Positions 50,423 through 60,503 are shown, numbered from the stretch's first letter. The stretch is 64,000 nucleotides of DNA from a bacterium (GCA_963674595.2 CAXXFV010000013.1:21261-85260), one strand, 5' to 3'. The notes: generated from the sequence alone by a model not told the origin. Translations and numbers: made by a program.

Positions 50423-52276
50423 TCATTTATTTAAATTAATTAAAAATCTATCACCTGAATTGTCCGCACATATAATATTAGTGATGCAGCCATTCTCACG
50501 GGCAGCATCAGCATATTCTTTGTATACATATTCCAGGTCTTCTAATTCCAATGCCTGCATTGGAAAAATTACTTTTGGTTTCAGTTTATTTATACTGTAA
50601 ATAAATCCTTTTTCTATTGGTTTTCTGTCTCGAATTCGGAAGGACCTTATTGGAATAAAAGCAACATCAATATCTTTATGGTGTTGCATAAAGTTATCGA
50701 TTTCATCTTTAAATTCGAAAAATGATTCATCTTTTCGAATCACATGATTACCCAAATGAAAAAATGAAATCCCGTCAACTTTAACAAGATAACCGACACC
50801 ACCTTCAATTGCTTTGGTTCCGAGGATTTCGATTGAATCCACATTTTTAGATTGCCCCGGACCTATATATTCATAAGCAGGACCATTGTATTTATTTTCC
50901 CGATGAATCCTTGTTTTATTGGGATCAAATCCAAATACATAGGTAATGTTTTTATTTTGCTTTTGCCACTCTAATATTTTTGTATCATATCTGTCGTACC
51001 GTCCATTTGTCACAAAGACATATACATTCTGACCAACCAATTCTTCAGCAGGAATATAACCATTTGATAATGACGGAACATCCGGCCCCCGGTCATTTTT
51101 CGAATAATCGAAAATTAGTAAATGGTTGGTTGTTTTTATCGCCCATCCACTTCTTCCTAAATACCAGATAATAGCTTCTTTTAGTGATAATTTTTTATTC
51201 AACCAATATAAAGCGTTACTATTATCATCATTTTTTTCAGCATACGCTTCTTTTTCCTGCAAAAATTTTTGAACATTTTTATGGTCATATTTATTTGCAT
51301 AATATAAAGGTGTTTTTTTATCACTATCCAATACGTTAACATCAGCTCCTGCATTAATTAACAGTTGAACAATATCACCATATCCCAATATAGAAGCCTT
51401 ATGCAAGGCTGTTCTGCCATAATGCTTGTCTTTTATTTCTATTTTGGCGCCATGCTTTAAAAGCAATTCAGTACTTTCTTTGCATTTAATCATAACCGCT
51501 TGAATGAGCGGTGTTATATTTGCTTCATTAACAATATTTATATCAGCATCATTTTCCAACAGCAATTCTATTACGTCAAGTGCCCCCACTTGACTCGCTC
51601 TATGAAGAGCAGATGCACCGTAATTAGTAAAAAGATCTAATTTAGCACCATTTTCAATAAGCAATTTTGCATTTTCATACTTTGTAAAAGCGGCGGCATG
51701 CATTAATGGCGAATACAATTGCTCATCCCTTGTATTCACATCAGCACCTTTGGAAATTAAATATTCAACGATTTCCGGATCAGATCGAAATGCAGCAAAA
51801 TGTAAAGGGGTTACCTGACTGCGGGATTTGATTTCAATATCGGCACCATTTTCAACCAATACTTTAACAACATTTAAATTATTTCTCATAACCGCACAAT
51901 GTAAAGTGCTATAAGAGCCTATATTCTGACTATTGATATCTGAACCGCTGTCGACAAGTAATTGCGCCATCTCTTTTTGATTATGAAATACAGTTAATTG
52001 CAGCGGAATATTTAAATCATTCATAACAGCATTTACATCTGCATGATAACCAATTAGTATTTTTGTAATTTCCAGATTGTTTAATTCAGATGCAATATGC
52101 AAGGGCGTATAACCTTTTTCGTCTTTTATATTTACCAATGTAGAGTCATTGATCAAAAGACCCTTAACCTTTTCAAGATTACCATCCCGAACGGCTATAT
52201 GAATTTCGTCAGCATGAACTAAAAATGGCAGATTTAATAAAACAAAAAGTAAAGGAACAATAAAAAAATGATACAT
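50423..52276 (-). CDS. Exported ankyrin-repeat protein fused to a degenerate metallo-beta-lactamase-fold domain
   Basis: About 9-10 TPLH/TALH ankyrin repeats; IWYLGRSGWAIKT..LLIFDY, VFVTNGRYDRYD, FFHLGN and IFPMQ occupy MBL-fold positions. Confidence 0.85.
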   Translation of the reverse strand: MYHFFIVPLLFVLLNLPFLVHADEIHIAVRDGNLEKVKGLLINDSTLVNIKDEKGYTPLHIASELNNLEITKILIGYHADVNAVMNDLNIPLQLTVFHNQKEMAQLLVDSGSDINSQNIGSYSTLHCAVMRNNLNVVKVLVENGADIEIKSRSQVTPLHFAAFRSDPEIVEYLISKGADVNTRDEQLYSPLMHAAAFTKYENAKLLIENGAKLDLFTNYGASALHRASQVGALDVIELLLENDADINIVNEANITPLIQAVMIKCKESTELLLKHGAKIEIKDKHYGRTALHKASILGYGDIVQLLINAGADVNVLDSDKKTPLYYANKYDHKNVQKFLQEKEAYAEKNDDNSNALYWLNKKLSLKEAIIWYLGRSGWAIKTTNHLLIFDYSKNDRGPDVPSLSNGYIPAEELVGQNVYVFVTNGRYDRYDTKILEWQKQNKNITYVFGFDPNKTRIHRENKYNGPAYEYIGPGQSKNVDSIEILGTKAIEGGVGYLVKVDGISFFHLGNHVIRKDESFFEFKDEIDNFMQHHKDIDVAFIPIRSFRIRDRKPIEKGFIYSINKLKPKVIFPMQALELEDLEYVYKEYADAARENGCITNIICADNSGDRFLINLNK

Positions 52277-52399
52277 TTTTCTTTCTCCCTTAAAATTTCT
52301 AATAAATCGATTTCTCGCCCAAGATCGTTTTAATACAGTTCCATATCTATATTTACAGTTGTATGGTGCAGTTTTACCGCATCCCTGCGACTGGTTAGG

Positions 52400-52846
52400 C
52401 TATTTTATATTTAATATTGGAACAATGTTCTCTTCTTTCGTTGATTTTTTTCCTATTCCTTTAAAAATTTTAAAATGATGTGTATGTTTCCTGCCATCAT
52501 AGTGGAACACTGTCTTTAGTTTTGTACCTTTGCTATTAAAATAGTGTATCTCTTTCCAACCCTTGTTGAGCGGTATTTGTAAAAATTGGTCAATTTCTTT
52601 GATATTTTCATCTGAATAATGATAGTTGAAATATTCTGCTACGTAAGAGTTACTTTGGCCGCTATAAAATTGAATTTCATAAATTATGTCATTACTGATA
52701 TCAATAATAATCGAGAGACTAGTTTTAACTTTACCTTGTGCAGAGCCGACTGTGATTATTAAATCTTTGCCGGATTCCACTGTGCTTAGAGTGTATGTAT
52801 TCTTGTCAGCAAATTTTCTGTTAATGTGTTTTTGCCATTCACTCAT
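52400..52846 (-). CDS. Hypothetical protein flanked by ~65-bp direct repeats
   Basis: Likely start MSEWQ at 52846; the upstream extension in the ORF track runs through repeat DNA. Confidence 0.6.
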   Translation of the reverse strand: MSEWQKHINRKFADKNTYTLSTVESGKDLIITVGSAQGKVKTSLSIIIDISNDIIYEIQFYSGQSNSYVAEYFNYHYSDENIKEIDQFLQIPLNKGWKEIHYFNSKGTKLKTVFHYDGRKHTHHFKIFKGIGKKSTKEENIVPILNIK

Positions 52847-52938
52847 TTTAATAAAGGCCTGGTATAGTTTTAATACAGTTCCATATCTGTATTTACAGTT
52901 ATATGATGCAATTTTGCGGCACCCTGCCACTTTTAAGA

Positions 52939-52967
52939 ATAGTACAAATTTAGTCAATCCCCTGCAA
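52939..52967 (-). promoter_or_regulatory. Repeated sigma70-type promoter module
   Basis: TTGCAG-N17-TACTAT with the same upstream flank as the motif G promoters. Confidence 0.6.
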
Positions 52968-53194
52968 GCGGTTTTTGAAAAATGTTGAAAACAAGTATAG
53001 GGACATAAATTGCCCTTTCCGTCATCCCGAGCGGAGTCGAAAGGCCGTTCAGAGTGACATCCGTTCGACGACGCTCCCTCTTCGACTCGGTCCTTGAGCG
53101 GAGCCGAAAGGTCGTTCAGGGTGACACCTGCCGGCGATAAACATCCGGAAAATGGTGCGGTAGAACCACACCCTGCTGACTGTAATCCGGATTT

Positions 53195-54041
53195 TTAATA
53201 ATATTTGTAATGAATTTCATGGTCTATATGAGAACTATAACGAGGCACATATACTTTTTCAATGACTAATTCATATCTCTTGTTATATTTATAAAATATT
53301 TGGTCACTTACATCACTAAAATTTGCCCCATAACCTTTAACATTTACAAGCAGTCCATCATTATAATAATATACATATCTATGTTCAAGTAAACCGGCAG
53401 CGGTATAAACAAACTTTTCAGTCATAATTTCATTAAAATATTTGTATACGATAGAATTTATCAAGTCACCCCCCATAATAATACTCTGCTTTCATTAACA
53501 GCCCGTTTAAATATTCAAATTTATCTCTGTAAGATTTTGCATATTCTTTATGAGGGTCCCTTCTTATTGATTCAACAAGATTTCCCTCAATATCATATTT
53601 ATAAAAAACCGTATCCCGCAGAGTAAAATTTGGAGTTGAATGGAGTGTTTCTTTTTGCACAAGCCTGTTTAAAGAATCGTATCGATATTCAATGGTATCT
53701 GTAAAAGTGTTTCCATCAAAAACCACTTCTTTTATCAAATTGGACAGACTATCATAATAATAATGGGTGGTAGAGTAAATTTCCAGATCCGAGGATGCTT
53801 TTGTTTTAGTTTTGAGCAATCCGTTACCATAATATTCGTAATTTGTTCTTTCAAGAATATTATTTGAATCAAGCGGATAGTACGTCTCAGATTTTACCTT
53901 AGAGTTAGAAACTCGAAGCGGTCCTGCCGGCCGGGATTCTCCACTGAAATCAGATTCTATCTGGTTTGTTAAATCCTTTGAACAGGAGAGTGTAAAACAG
54001 ATTACAAAGAACAATACAAAATACCGGGTTTTAGATTTCAT
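53195..54041 (-). pseudogene. YD/RHS-repeat-like lipoprotein split by a frameshift in a G6 run
   Basis: ORF 53466..54041 (FTLSC lipobox, YYYD..SNLIKE repeats) ends YYYGG*; removing one G at 53469-53474 fuses it to 53195..53476 (GGDLINS...), which continues the same Tyr-rich repeats. Confidence 0.75.
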
Positions 54042-54177
54042 AATTAAACCTCCGTTTATCCGGGGCTTCACCCCAATTGTGTAGTTTTGCCTTTGGCTCC
54101 GGTCAACTCGACACGAAACCACCGGAGATTAACATCCGGGAAATGGTGCGGTAGGACCACACCCTGCCGGCTGATTC

Positions 54178-54302
54178 AATCTCTTCCTCGTAAGTACTAA
54201 AACTTCCCATATATAAATTTAAAATGAGGTAAATCAGTTTAAGGTTTTCAGGCTCTCCCATGCGCGACCAAATCGTCCTGAAAAATCGTTCATTTGTCTG
54301 AT
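54178..54302 (-). ncRNA. Candidate structured leader RNA (motif G), copy 6
   Basis: Near-identical to copy 5; promoter TTGCAC-N17-TATCAT (54337-54309). Confidence 0.6.
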
Positions 54303-54704
54303 TAAATAATGATACAAACTTTGTGTTATTAGTGCAAGTAGTTTTTAATTATGTTTAAAATAAGTGTAGGGGTAGAATATCCTTTAGGGTAAATAACCTG
54401 CCTTCTGCTCCCGCTTCAAGTCCGGGCCTTGAGCGGAGATGAAAGGCCGCGCAAGGTGACACCGCTCGGTTTCGACTCTCACAATGTTCTCAAAGCTCAC
54501 AAAGTATGATTTAAATTGTTATTCCCTTGTGCACGGAGTGTGCCTTGTGCGCTTTGTGAGGACTTGAATAAACCAGGCCATCTTGCCCTGATCCGTTCTC
54601 AAATAACAGGCCCATATGAATTATTAAACCCTTGCTTTATCGGGGTAAACACCCCGCCTAATTTACACCCTGGGAAAGGTTTTCAGGGCGAACAATGCAA
54701 CTGC

Positions 54705-55046
54705 CTATTTTGCCCATTCTTTAACATTTTCATCAATTTCTATTTCTTTAACAAATCCATCTTCAATTATCAAATTTATCCATATTGTATTGATACAATT
54801 ATCTTTTTCAAACACATTATCAGGACCGTAAATATTATTCATAATTGCTAACGCAGAATCTTTTGAAACTCTTTGAATATAAAAATTTCCAAACATTGCA
54901 TTTGCTTTTATTTTATTGGCAAATTCCCAGGTCACATGATTATGATAAGATTGTGTCACACTATTATCAATATTAGAATATATCCAATATCCATTAGACA
55001 GAATTAAAAGCAAAAGCAATAATATTATTAATATCTTTGTTTTCAT
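54705..55046 (-). CDS. Small membrane-anchored protein, Imm58-like immunity protein candidate
   Basis: Hydrophobic N-terminus then SNGYWIYSNIDNSVTQSY, resembling the Imm58 pattern from memory. Confidence 0.45.
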   Translation of the reverse strand: MKTKILIILLLLLLILSNGYWIYSNIDNSVTQSYHNHVTWEFANKIKANAMFGNFYIQRVSKDSALAIMNNIYGPDNVFEKDNCINTIWINLIIEDGFVKEIEIDENVKEWAK

Positions 55047-55182
55047 AAATTATAATTTTCGTTCCTCTCTGGAATTCCACTCCAATACGTTAATTAAAAA
55101 TTTGTAAGGGTACATATCCTGTAGGGACACTTTATAAATTGCCCTTATGTCATCCCGAGTGATTACAAGGAATGTTCTGCTC

Positions 55183-56906
55183 GGGGCTGTATCAAAAGTT
55201 CTTTATAATAAGATAAAAAATAAGTATAATTTTAAAAAAAGGAAAGTAATACGAGTAGGAGCGGATGAAAAAGTTTAGAGAAGTCCATCAGAACCAAATA
55301 ATGTTATTGCCACCGAGCCTGGATGAATTTATAGACAAAAACCATCTGGTCCGGGTATTGGATTCTGTAATAGATCGAATTTCTTCAAAATCCATAGAAG
55401 ATCGTTTTAGCGGAGGCGGCACACCGTCCTATCATCCGCGAATGATGCTCAAAGTTATTTTATATGCTTATATTTGCCATATTTATAGTTGTCGTAAAAT
55501 CGCCAAAGCACTGCGTGAAGATTTACCCTTTATGTGGCTTTCCGGTATGAGCCGTCCTGATTTTAATACAGTAAATCGTTTTCGCAGTGAGTACTTTCGC
55601 AACACGATGGAAGATATTTTTAGCCAGGTATTGCTGTTTTTAGAAGCAGAAGGCTATATTGATTTAAAAGATTATTTTGTTGATGGCAGTAAATTTGAGG
55701 CAAACGCAGGTAAATACACCTACGTGTGGAGAAAAAATACCGAACGTTATAAAGCCGCTGTAAAGCAACGGGTCCAATCCCTATTTCACGAGATTGATGA
55801 GCTTAATGCTGAAGAGGACTTGAAATATGGGGAAAGCGATCTACCGGAGCGGGGAGAGCATTCGGACATCACGGCTGAGAACATTGAAAAGGTTGCAGAA
55901 GAAATCAACGAACGACTGGAAAAAGAAGGGAATAAGAAAAAGGCCCGCTCTTTAAAAAGCCGGGCCAACAAGCTGAAGAAGGAATCGGAAAAATTGGCCA
56001 AATATGAGGACCAGGAAAATAAACTTGCCGGCCGCAACTCTTATTCCAAAACAGACACCGACTCAACCTTTATGCGAATGAAAGATGAAACGCTTCGGCC
56101 TGCCTATAATGTGCAAATCAGTACCAACCACCAATTTCTTGTCAATTATTCTGTTGGTCAAAATGCATCGGACTCAGCCAGCTTTCCAGCCCATCTTTTC
56201 AAGATCGTCAAGCGGAATGAAAAATTTATTCCAGAGACCTATACCGGAGACTGTGGCTATGGCAATCATGAAAACTATTTACTTTTGTCTGAATATAAAA
56301 TAGAAAACTTTTTGAAATATGGTTCGTTCCATCGAGAACAAAGCCGTAGTTTTCGTCAAAATATCTTTCATCGAGATAATATGAGATATGATAAGCAGCA
56401 GGATTGCTTCTATTGTCCGGCAGACAGAGCGCTCTGGTTCCGGGATATAAGGACCAGGAAAACAGCAACAGGGTTCCTCAATCAACAACGTGTTTATGAA
56501 TGTGAAGATTGTGGCGGTTGTTCACATGCCGAAAAATGTAAAAGAGGTGCTGGCCATCGAACAGTGCAGATAAATCGTGAATTGGAAAAATTCAAGGCAA
56601 AAGCCCGCGAGAATTTGAATTCTGAAAAAGGTATAAAACTCCGTAAAAAAAGAGGCAATGAAGTTGAAACCCCATTTGCTGATTTCAAGAAAAACCAAAA
56701 ATTCAGTAAATTTAGTTTAAGGGGAATTGAAAAAGTAAACCATGAATTTGGGTTGCTATGCTTGGCATTTAATATCCGAAAATACTATAAAAAATCAGGA
56801 AATTAAAAAAATATAAAGCCCGCTTCTCTTAAAGCAGGCTTCATTTCTAAATAATACTAAAATTACTTTATTGAATTGCAGTTTTTTGGGCTTTTGATAC
56901 AGCCCC
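55183..56906 (+). mobile_element. IS1182-family insertion sequence, about 1.72 kb
   Basis: Perfect terminal inverted repeats GGGGCTGTATCAAAAG (55183-55198) and CTTTTGATACAGCCCC (56891-56906) around a single transposase; no target duplication seen. Confidence 0.93.
55265..56806 (+). CDS. IS1182-family DDE transposase
   Basis: YHPRMMLKVILYAY...SCRKI...WLSGMSRPDF.T..RFR, VDGSKFEANA, SKTDTDS, GDCGY, YCP..CxxC..C, VETPFA. Confidence 0.95.
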   Translation: MKKFREVHQNQIMLLPPSLDEFIDKNHLVRVLDSVIDRISSKSIEDRFSGGGTPSYHPRMMLKVILYAYICHIYSCRKIAKALREDLPFMWLSGMSRPDFNTVNRFRSEYFRNTMEDIFSQVLLFLEAEGYIDLKDYFVDGSKFEANAGKYTYVWRKNTERYKAAVKQRVQSLFHEIDELNAEEDLKYGESDLPERGEHSDITAENIEKVAEEINERLEKEGNKKKARSLKSRANKLKKESEKLAKYEDQENKLAGRNSYSKTDTDSTFMRMKDETLRPAYNVQISTNHQFLVNYSVGQNASDSASFPAHLFKIVKRNEKFIPETYTGDCGYGNHENYLLLSEYKIENFLKYGSFHREQSRSFRQNIFHRDNMRYDKQQDCFYCPADRALWFRDIRTRKTATGFLNQQRVYECEDCGGCSHAEKCKRGAGHRTVQINRELEKFKAKARENLNSEKGIKLRKKRGNEVETPFADFKKNQKFSKFSLRGIEKVNHEFGLLCLAFNIRKYYKKSGN

Positions 56907-57253
56907 GGAACCAATGAATTCGGGATTTTATCCCCAAATCCAAAAGTGCCTCCCTTCGACTACGCTCAGGGTGACACCGCCAACAGCAAAGGGTGAAAAG
57001 CCTGCCTTCATCTCTCACAATGTTCACAAAGCTCACAAAGATTGATTTGAATTGTTATTACTTTGTGTGCTTTGTGCGCTTTGTGAGGGCGTTAAATAAA
57101 ACAGGGCATCTTGCCCTGATCCGTTCTCAAATAACGGACCCATATGAATCATTAAACCCTTGCTTTATCGGGGTAAACACCCCTCCTAATTTGCGCCTTG
57201 GGAAACATTCCCATGGCGAGTAGAAGGCTAATTATATTAAAATGATAGCCATA

Positions 57254-57952
57254 CTATTTTTTTAATCTTAGAACGACTGTTCCGGCAATTAAATCATGTA
57301 ATGCTCTCCTCTTATCACTAAATAACATTGTTATTATATCGAGTATTGACCATATAGACATTAATACTCCGAGAAACAATAAGAAATAGTTAAATAGAGT
57401 GATATTTTTATTAATACCGGATACAAATATTACATATAAAACGATGCTGCTAAATAATGGGACAATATCTCTCATAAGAGCCTGTTTATACGTAATTTCT
57501 TTTTTTTCACTCTTGTCAAATATCTTTACATCCATTAGCATCTTACCAAATGTTTGCCCAAATTTTCCATGTAACACTATATAATAAATATGTGGTAGAA
57601 ACGTTGATAACACAGTACCAAATGTAATAAAAACATCCAATGAAAATTCCAACAAAAATTTTATTAAATAACCAACGATGCCAATAAATATACCGTCAAT
57701 AAACAACGAAAAATATCTAGGCCAAAATGTCTTATATTTTTCAGTAGCATTTATCCCCTTTGTTTTTCTCTCTTCCTCTAAAATATTTTTTTTTATATTC
57801 AATAAATTTTCGTCTGCTTCATTTCTTTCAGATAAGATATCAATTGCCAAAGTTATCATTTCATTATTCGATTCCGGATTGTTTATTATTAACCTCAGAA
57901 TATCAGATGATTTTCTCCGATACATTTTTAAATAGATATTATTACTTTCCAT
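57254..57952 (-). CDS. RDD family membrane protein
   Basis: FWPRYFSLFIDG...GQTFGK...R...RRALHDLIAGTVV. Confidence 0.9.
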   Translation of the reverse strand: MESNNIYLKMYRRKSSDILRLIINNPESNNEMITLAIDILSERNEADENLLNIKKNILEEERKTKGINATEKYKTFWPRYFSLFIDGIFIGIVGYLIKFLLEFSLDVFITFGTVLSTFLPHIYYIVLHGKFGQTFGKMLMDVKIFDKSEKKEITYKQALMRDIVPLFSSIVLYVIFVSGINKNITLFNYFLLFLGVLMSIWSILDIITMLFSDKRRALHDLIAGTVVLRLKK

Positions 57953-58433
57953 AATAATCTTTCGTTTTATTTTAAATAATATTTACAGGTATAACGGGGA
58001 ACTCAGCTGACCTGGGCAAACATTCAATATCTCTGCTCGCAGGGGATTTGCAATCCCCTGTGGAACCAATAAATTCGGGATTTTATCCCCAAATCCAAAA
58101 GTGCCTCCCTTCGACTCAGTCCTTGAGCAGAATCCGGGCGGTCCTTGAGCGGAGCCGAAAGGCCGCCCAAGGTGACACCGCTCGGTTTCGACTCTCACAA
58201 TGTTCACAAAGCTCACAAAGATTGATTTGAATTGTTATTCCCTTGTGCGCTTTGTGAGGGCTTGAATAAACCAGGGCATCTTTCCCTGATCCGTTCTCAA
58301 ATAACAGGCCTATATTAATCATTAAACCGTTGGTTTATCGGGGTAAATACCCCGCCTGATTTGCACCTTGGGAAACATTCCCATGGCGAGCAGTAAAAAC
58401 AAAAAATTTTTTTAATTTCATTTTTTAGTTCCT

Positions 58434-59087
58434 TTAGTAATAATAATTAAGCATGAAACAAGAGGTTATATATTTTGCATCGACACCTAATATTCCAGAT
58501 AAGGTGTCAACACTTCCATAAAGATCAATCCGGGTTTGCCATTCAATGGAAAACCTGTCGAACTTTTTCCCGAAACCGATGCGGACATCAATAGTAGAGT
58601 TCTCGATTGCAGGTATAAATTTATCATATGCAGGGGAGTAGTCTGCATTTTCTTTTGGAAAATCTCCAGGATCATCTCGAAAAATAATAGAAATTTTCGA
58701 TTTATCAATGATTGCCAAACATGGCGCCAAAGCGGCTGTAAAATAAATTTTTTTCTGTCCCGCAAACATATAATTATACTTGATTGGAAAGGTCAGGTAC
58801 GCTACCTGCCAGTCAGCATTAAGCTTTGTCAACCATTCTTCACCGTAAACATACTTGTTTTCTACCCGTGCGCCTCTGTGTAAATATTCAATTCCGAATG
58901 AAAAATAGCTCCTTTCACTTTTTCTCCACTCCTTACCCAATTCTATCGAAAAACCGGGCAATATTTTGGAATCGTTATTATAAAATGTAGACAAATTAAA
59001 TCCTGCACTAATGTATTTTTTAGATGCATAGCTTTGTATTGGTAAGAAGACCAATAAAATAAAAAGGATTAACTTTTTAATTTTCAA
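58434..59087 (-). CDS. Outer-membrane beta-barrel (PorT/porin-like) protein
   Basis: Signal peptide, AGFNLS, EYLHRG, YLTFPI, aromatic C-terminus. Confidence 0.7.
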   Translation of the reverse strand: MKIKKLILFILLVFLPIQSYASKKYISAGFNLSTFYNNDSKILPGFSIELGKEWRKSERSYFSFGIEYLHRGARVENKYVYGEEWLTKLNADWQVAYLTFPIKYNYMFAGQKKIYFTAALAPCLAIIDKSKISIIFRDDPGDFPKENADYSPAYDKFIPAIENSTIDVRIGFGKKFDRFSIEWQTRIDLYGSVDTLSGILGVDAKYITSCFMLNYYY

Positions 59088-59374
59088 ACTCCTTTAAGTT
59101 AAAGATAATTATTCAAAACCAATTTAGGGCGGCACACCGCTAAATATACCATCAAAAAGAAATATGTTAACACATTGTTTAATTATAAATAAATCGATGA
59201 ATTTTCTTTGTAACACAAACTTATCGATTATAAAAGTCATTAAATAAAACAGGGCATCTTTCCCTGATCCGTTCTCAAATAACGGACCCATATGAATCAT
59301 TAAACCCTTGCTTTATCGGGGTAAACACCCCTCCTAATTTGCGCCTTGGGAAACATTCCCATGGCGAGCAGTGA

Positions 59375-60055
59375 CTAATTAGATTTTAATTTATTAATCT
59401 CTAATAATCTCTGATTCACTATTTCTGTATCTTCAAGTTTTTTTCTAATATCAATTTCCTTGTTAAAATAGAATATAGCTGAATCAGCAAGATTTTGCTG
59501 TAGATAGTTATTTCCAATCCACATCAATGCATCTGCGGTTCTATCACTCTTGTCTCCAAAAGATTTACTGGAGAGTCTATAGTATTCTTGTCGATATTTT
59601 AATGCATCACGATTCTGACTGTTTTGTTCAAGACATTCTGCTAATTGAAAGAGAGTTTCTCTAAAAGTTTTAGTATCTTGAAGATTATTAATTACTCCAA
59701 TTTGGTACGCTCGCTGGTATAAATCAATAATTTTTTCTTTGTTATAAGAATCTTTAGTATTTGCGTAATCCATATTGGTCACACGAAAACAAAGAGCAAC
59801 AAAGTTTATAATTTTCGCATGTTGAGGTTCTTTACTTTTTAATAAACCAAAAACCTTGTCAGCTTGTAGTTTTAAGCTATCAAAATTAATTATATTATCA
59901 CAATTATAAATCATTCTCAGCTTTGAATATTCAATTCCCAATTCTGATTTCTCAAATTCTTTAGGAAATTTAATATCATACAACCGATTTCTTTCTTCAT
60001 TTGCCGAACATGATATTAAAATAAATATGATTAATATGAATAGTATATTTTTCAT
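59375..60055 (-). CDS. TPR-containing lipoprotein
   Basis: LISC lipobox; helical TPR-like segments (TADALMWIGNNY...A..YF.K...I). Confidence 0.72.
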   Translation of the reverse strand: MKNILFILIIFILISCSANEERNRLYDIKFPKEFEKSELGIEYSKLRMIYNCDNIINFDSLKLQADKVFGLLKSKEPQHAKIINFVALCFRVTNMDYANTKDSYNKEKIIDLYQRAYQIGVINNLQDTKTFRETLFQLAECLEQNSQNRDALKYRQEYYRLSSKSFGDKSDRTADALMWIGNNYLQQNLADSAIFYFNKEIDIRKKLEDTEIVNQRLLEINKLKSN

Positions 60056-60503
60056 AACATTAAAATCAAGATGGTACTTGATCGCCCAATGGTTTATAGC
60101 CCTTCTTTATCAAACATTCCTTATTTACAGCCATTATATGTAAAGGCCAAGCCTTTACTTTGTTACGTCAAGAGGCAGGAACCTCTTGCCGATCATATCG
60201 ATTACCCTCCCGCTTCGACTCGGTCCTTGAGCGGAGCCGAAAGGCCGCCCAGCGTGACACATGCTCACCTTACCCTCTCACAATGTTCACAAAGCTCACA
60301 AAGGATGATTAAAATTGTTATTTCTTTGTGTACCTTGTGTACTTTGTGAGGGCTTGAATAAAACAGGACATGTGCCCCGCTCTGTTCATTATTGTCCGAA
60401 TCACGAACCCATACTATCGCGCAAATTAAATAATGCTGAGGAAAAGGATCCCCAGGCATTGGACGTTCTGCAAGTTAATCGTTAATACTGTTTATACACA
60501 AAA

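Noticed and set aside
54050-54128. Riboswitch upstream of the YD-repeat gene (GGCAAAAC plus two hairpins)
   Set aside because: Two stems are present but no complete known aptamer consensus; single copy, no covariation evidence.
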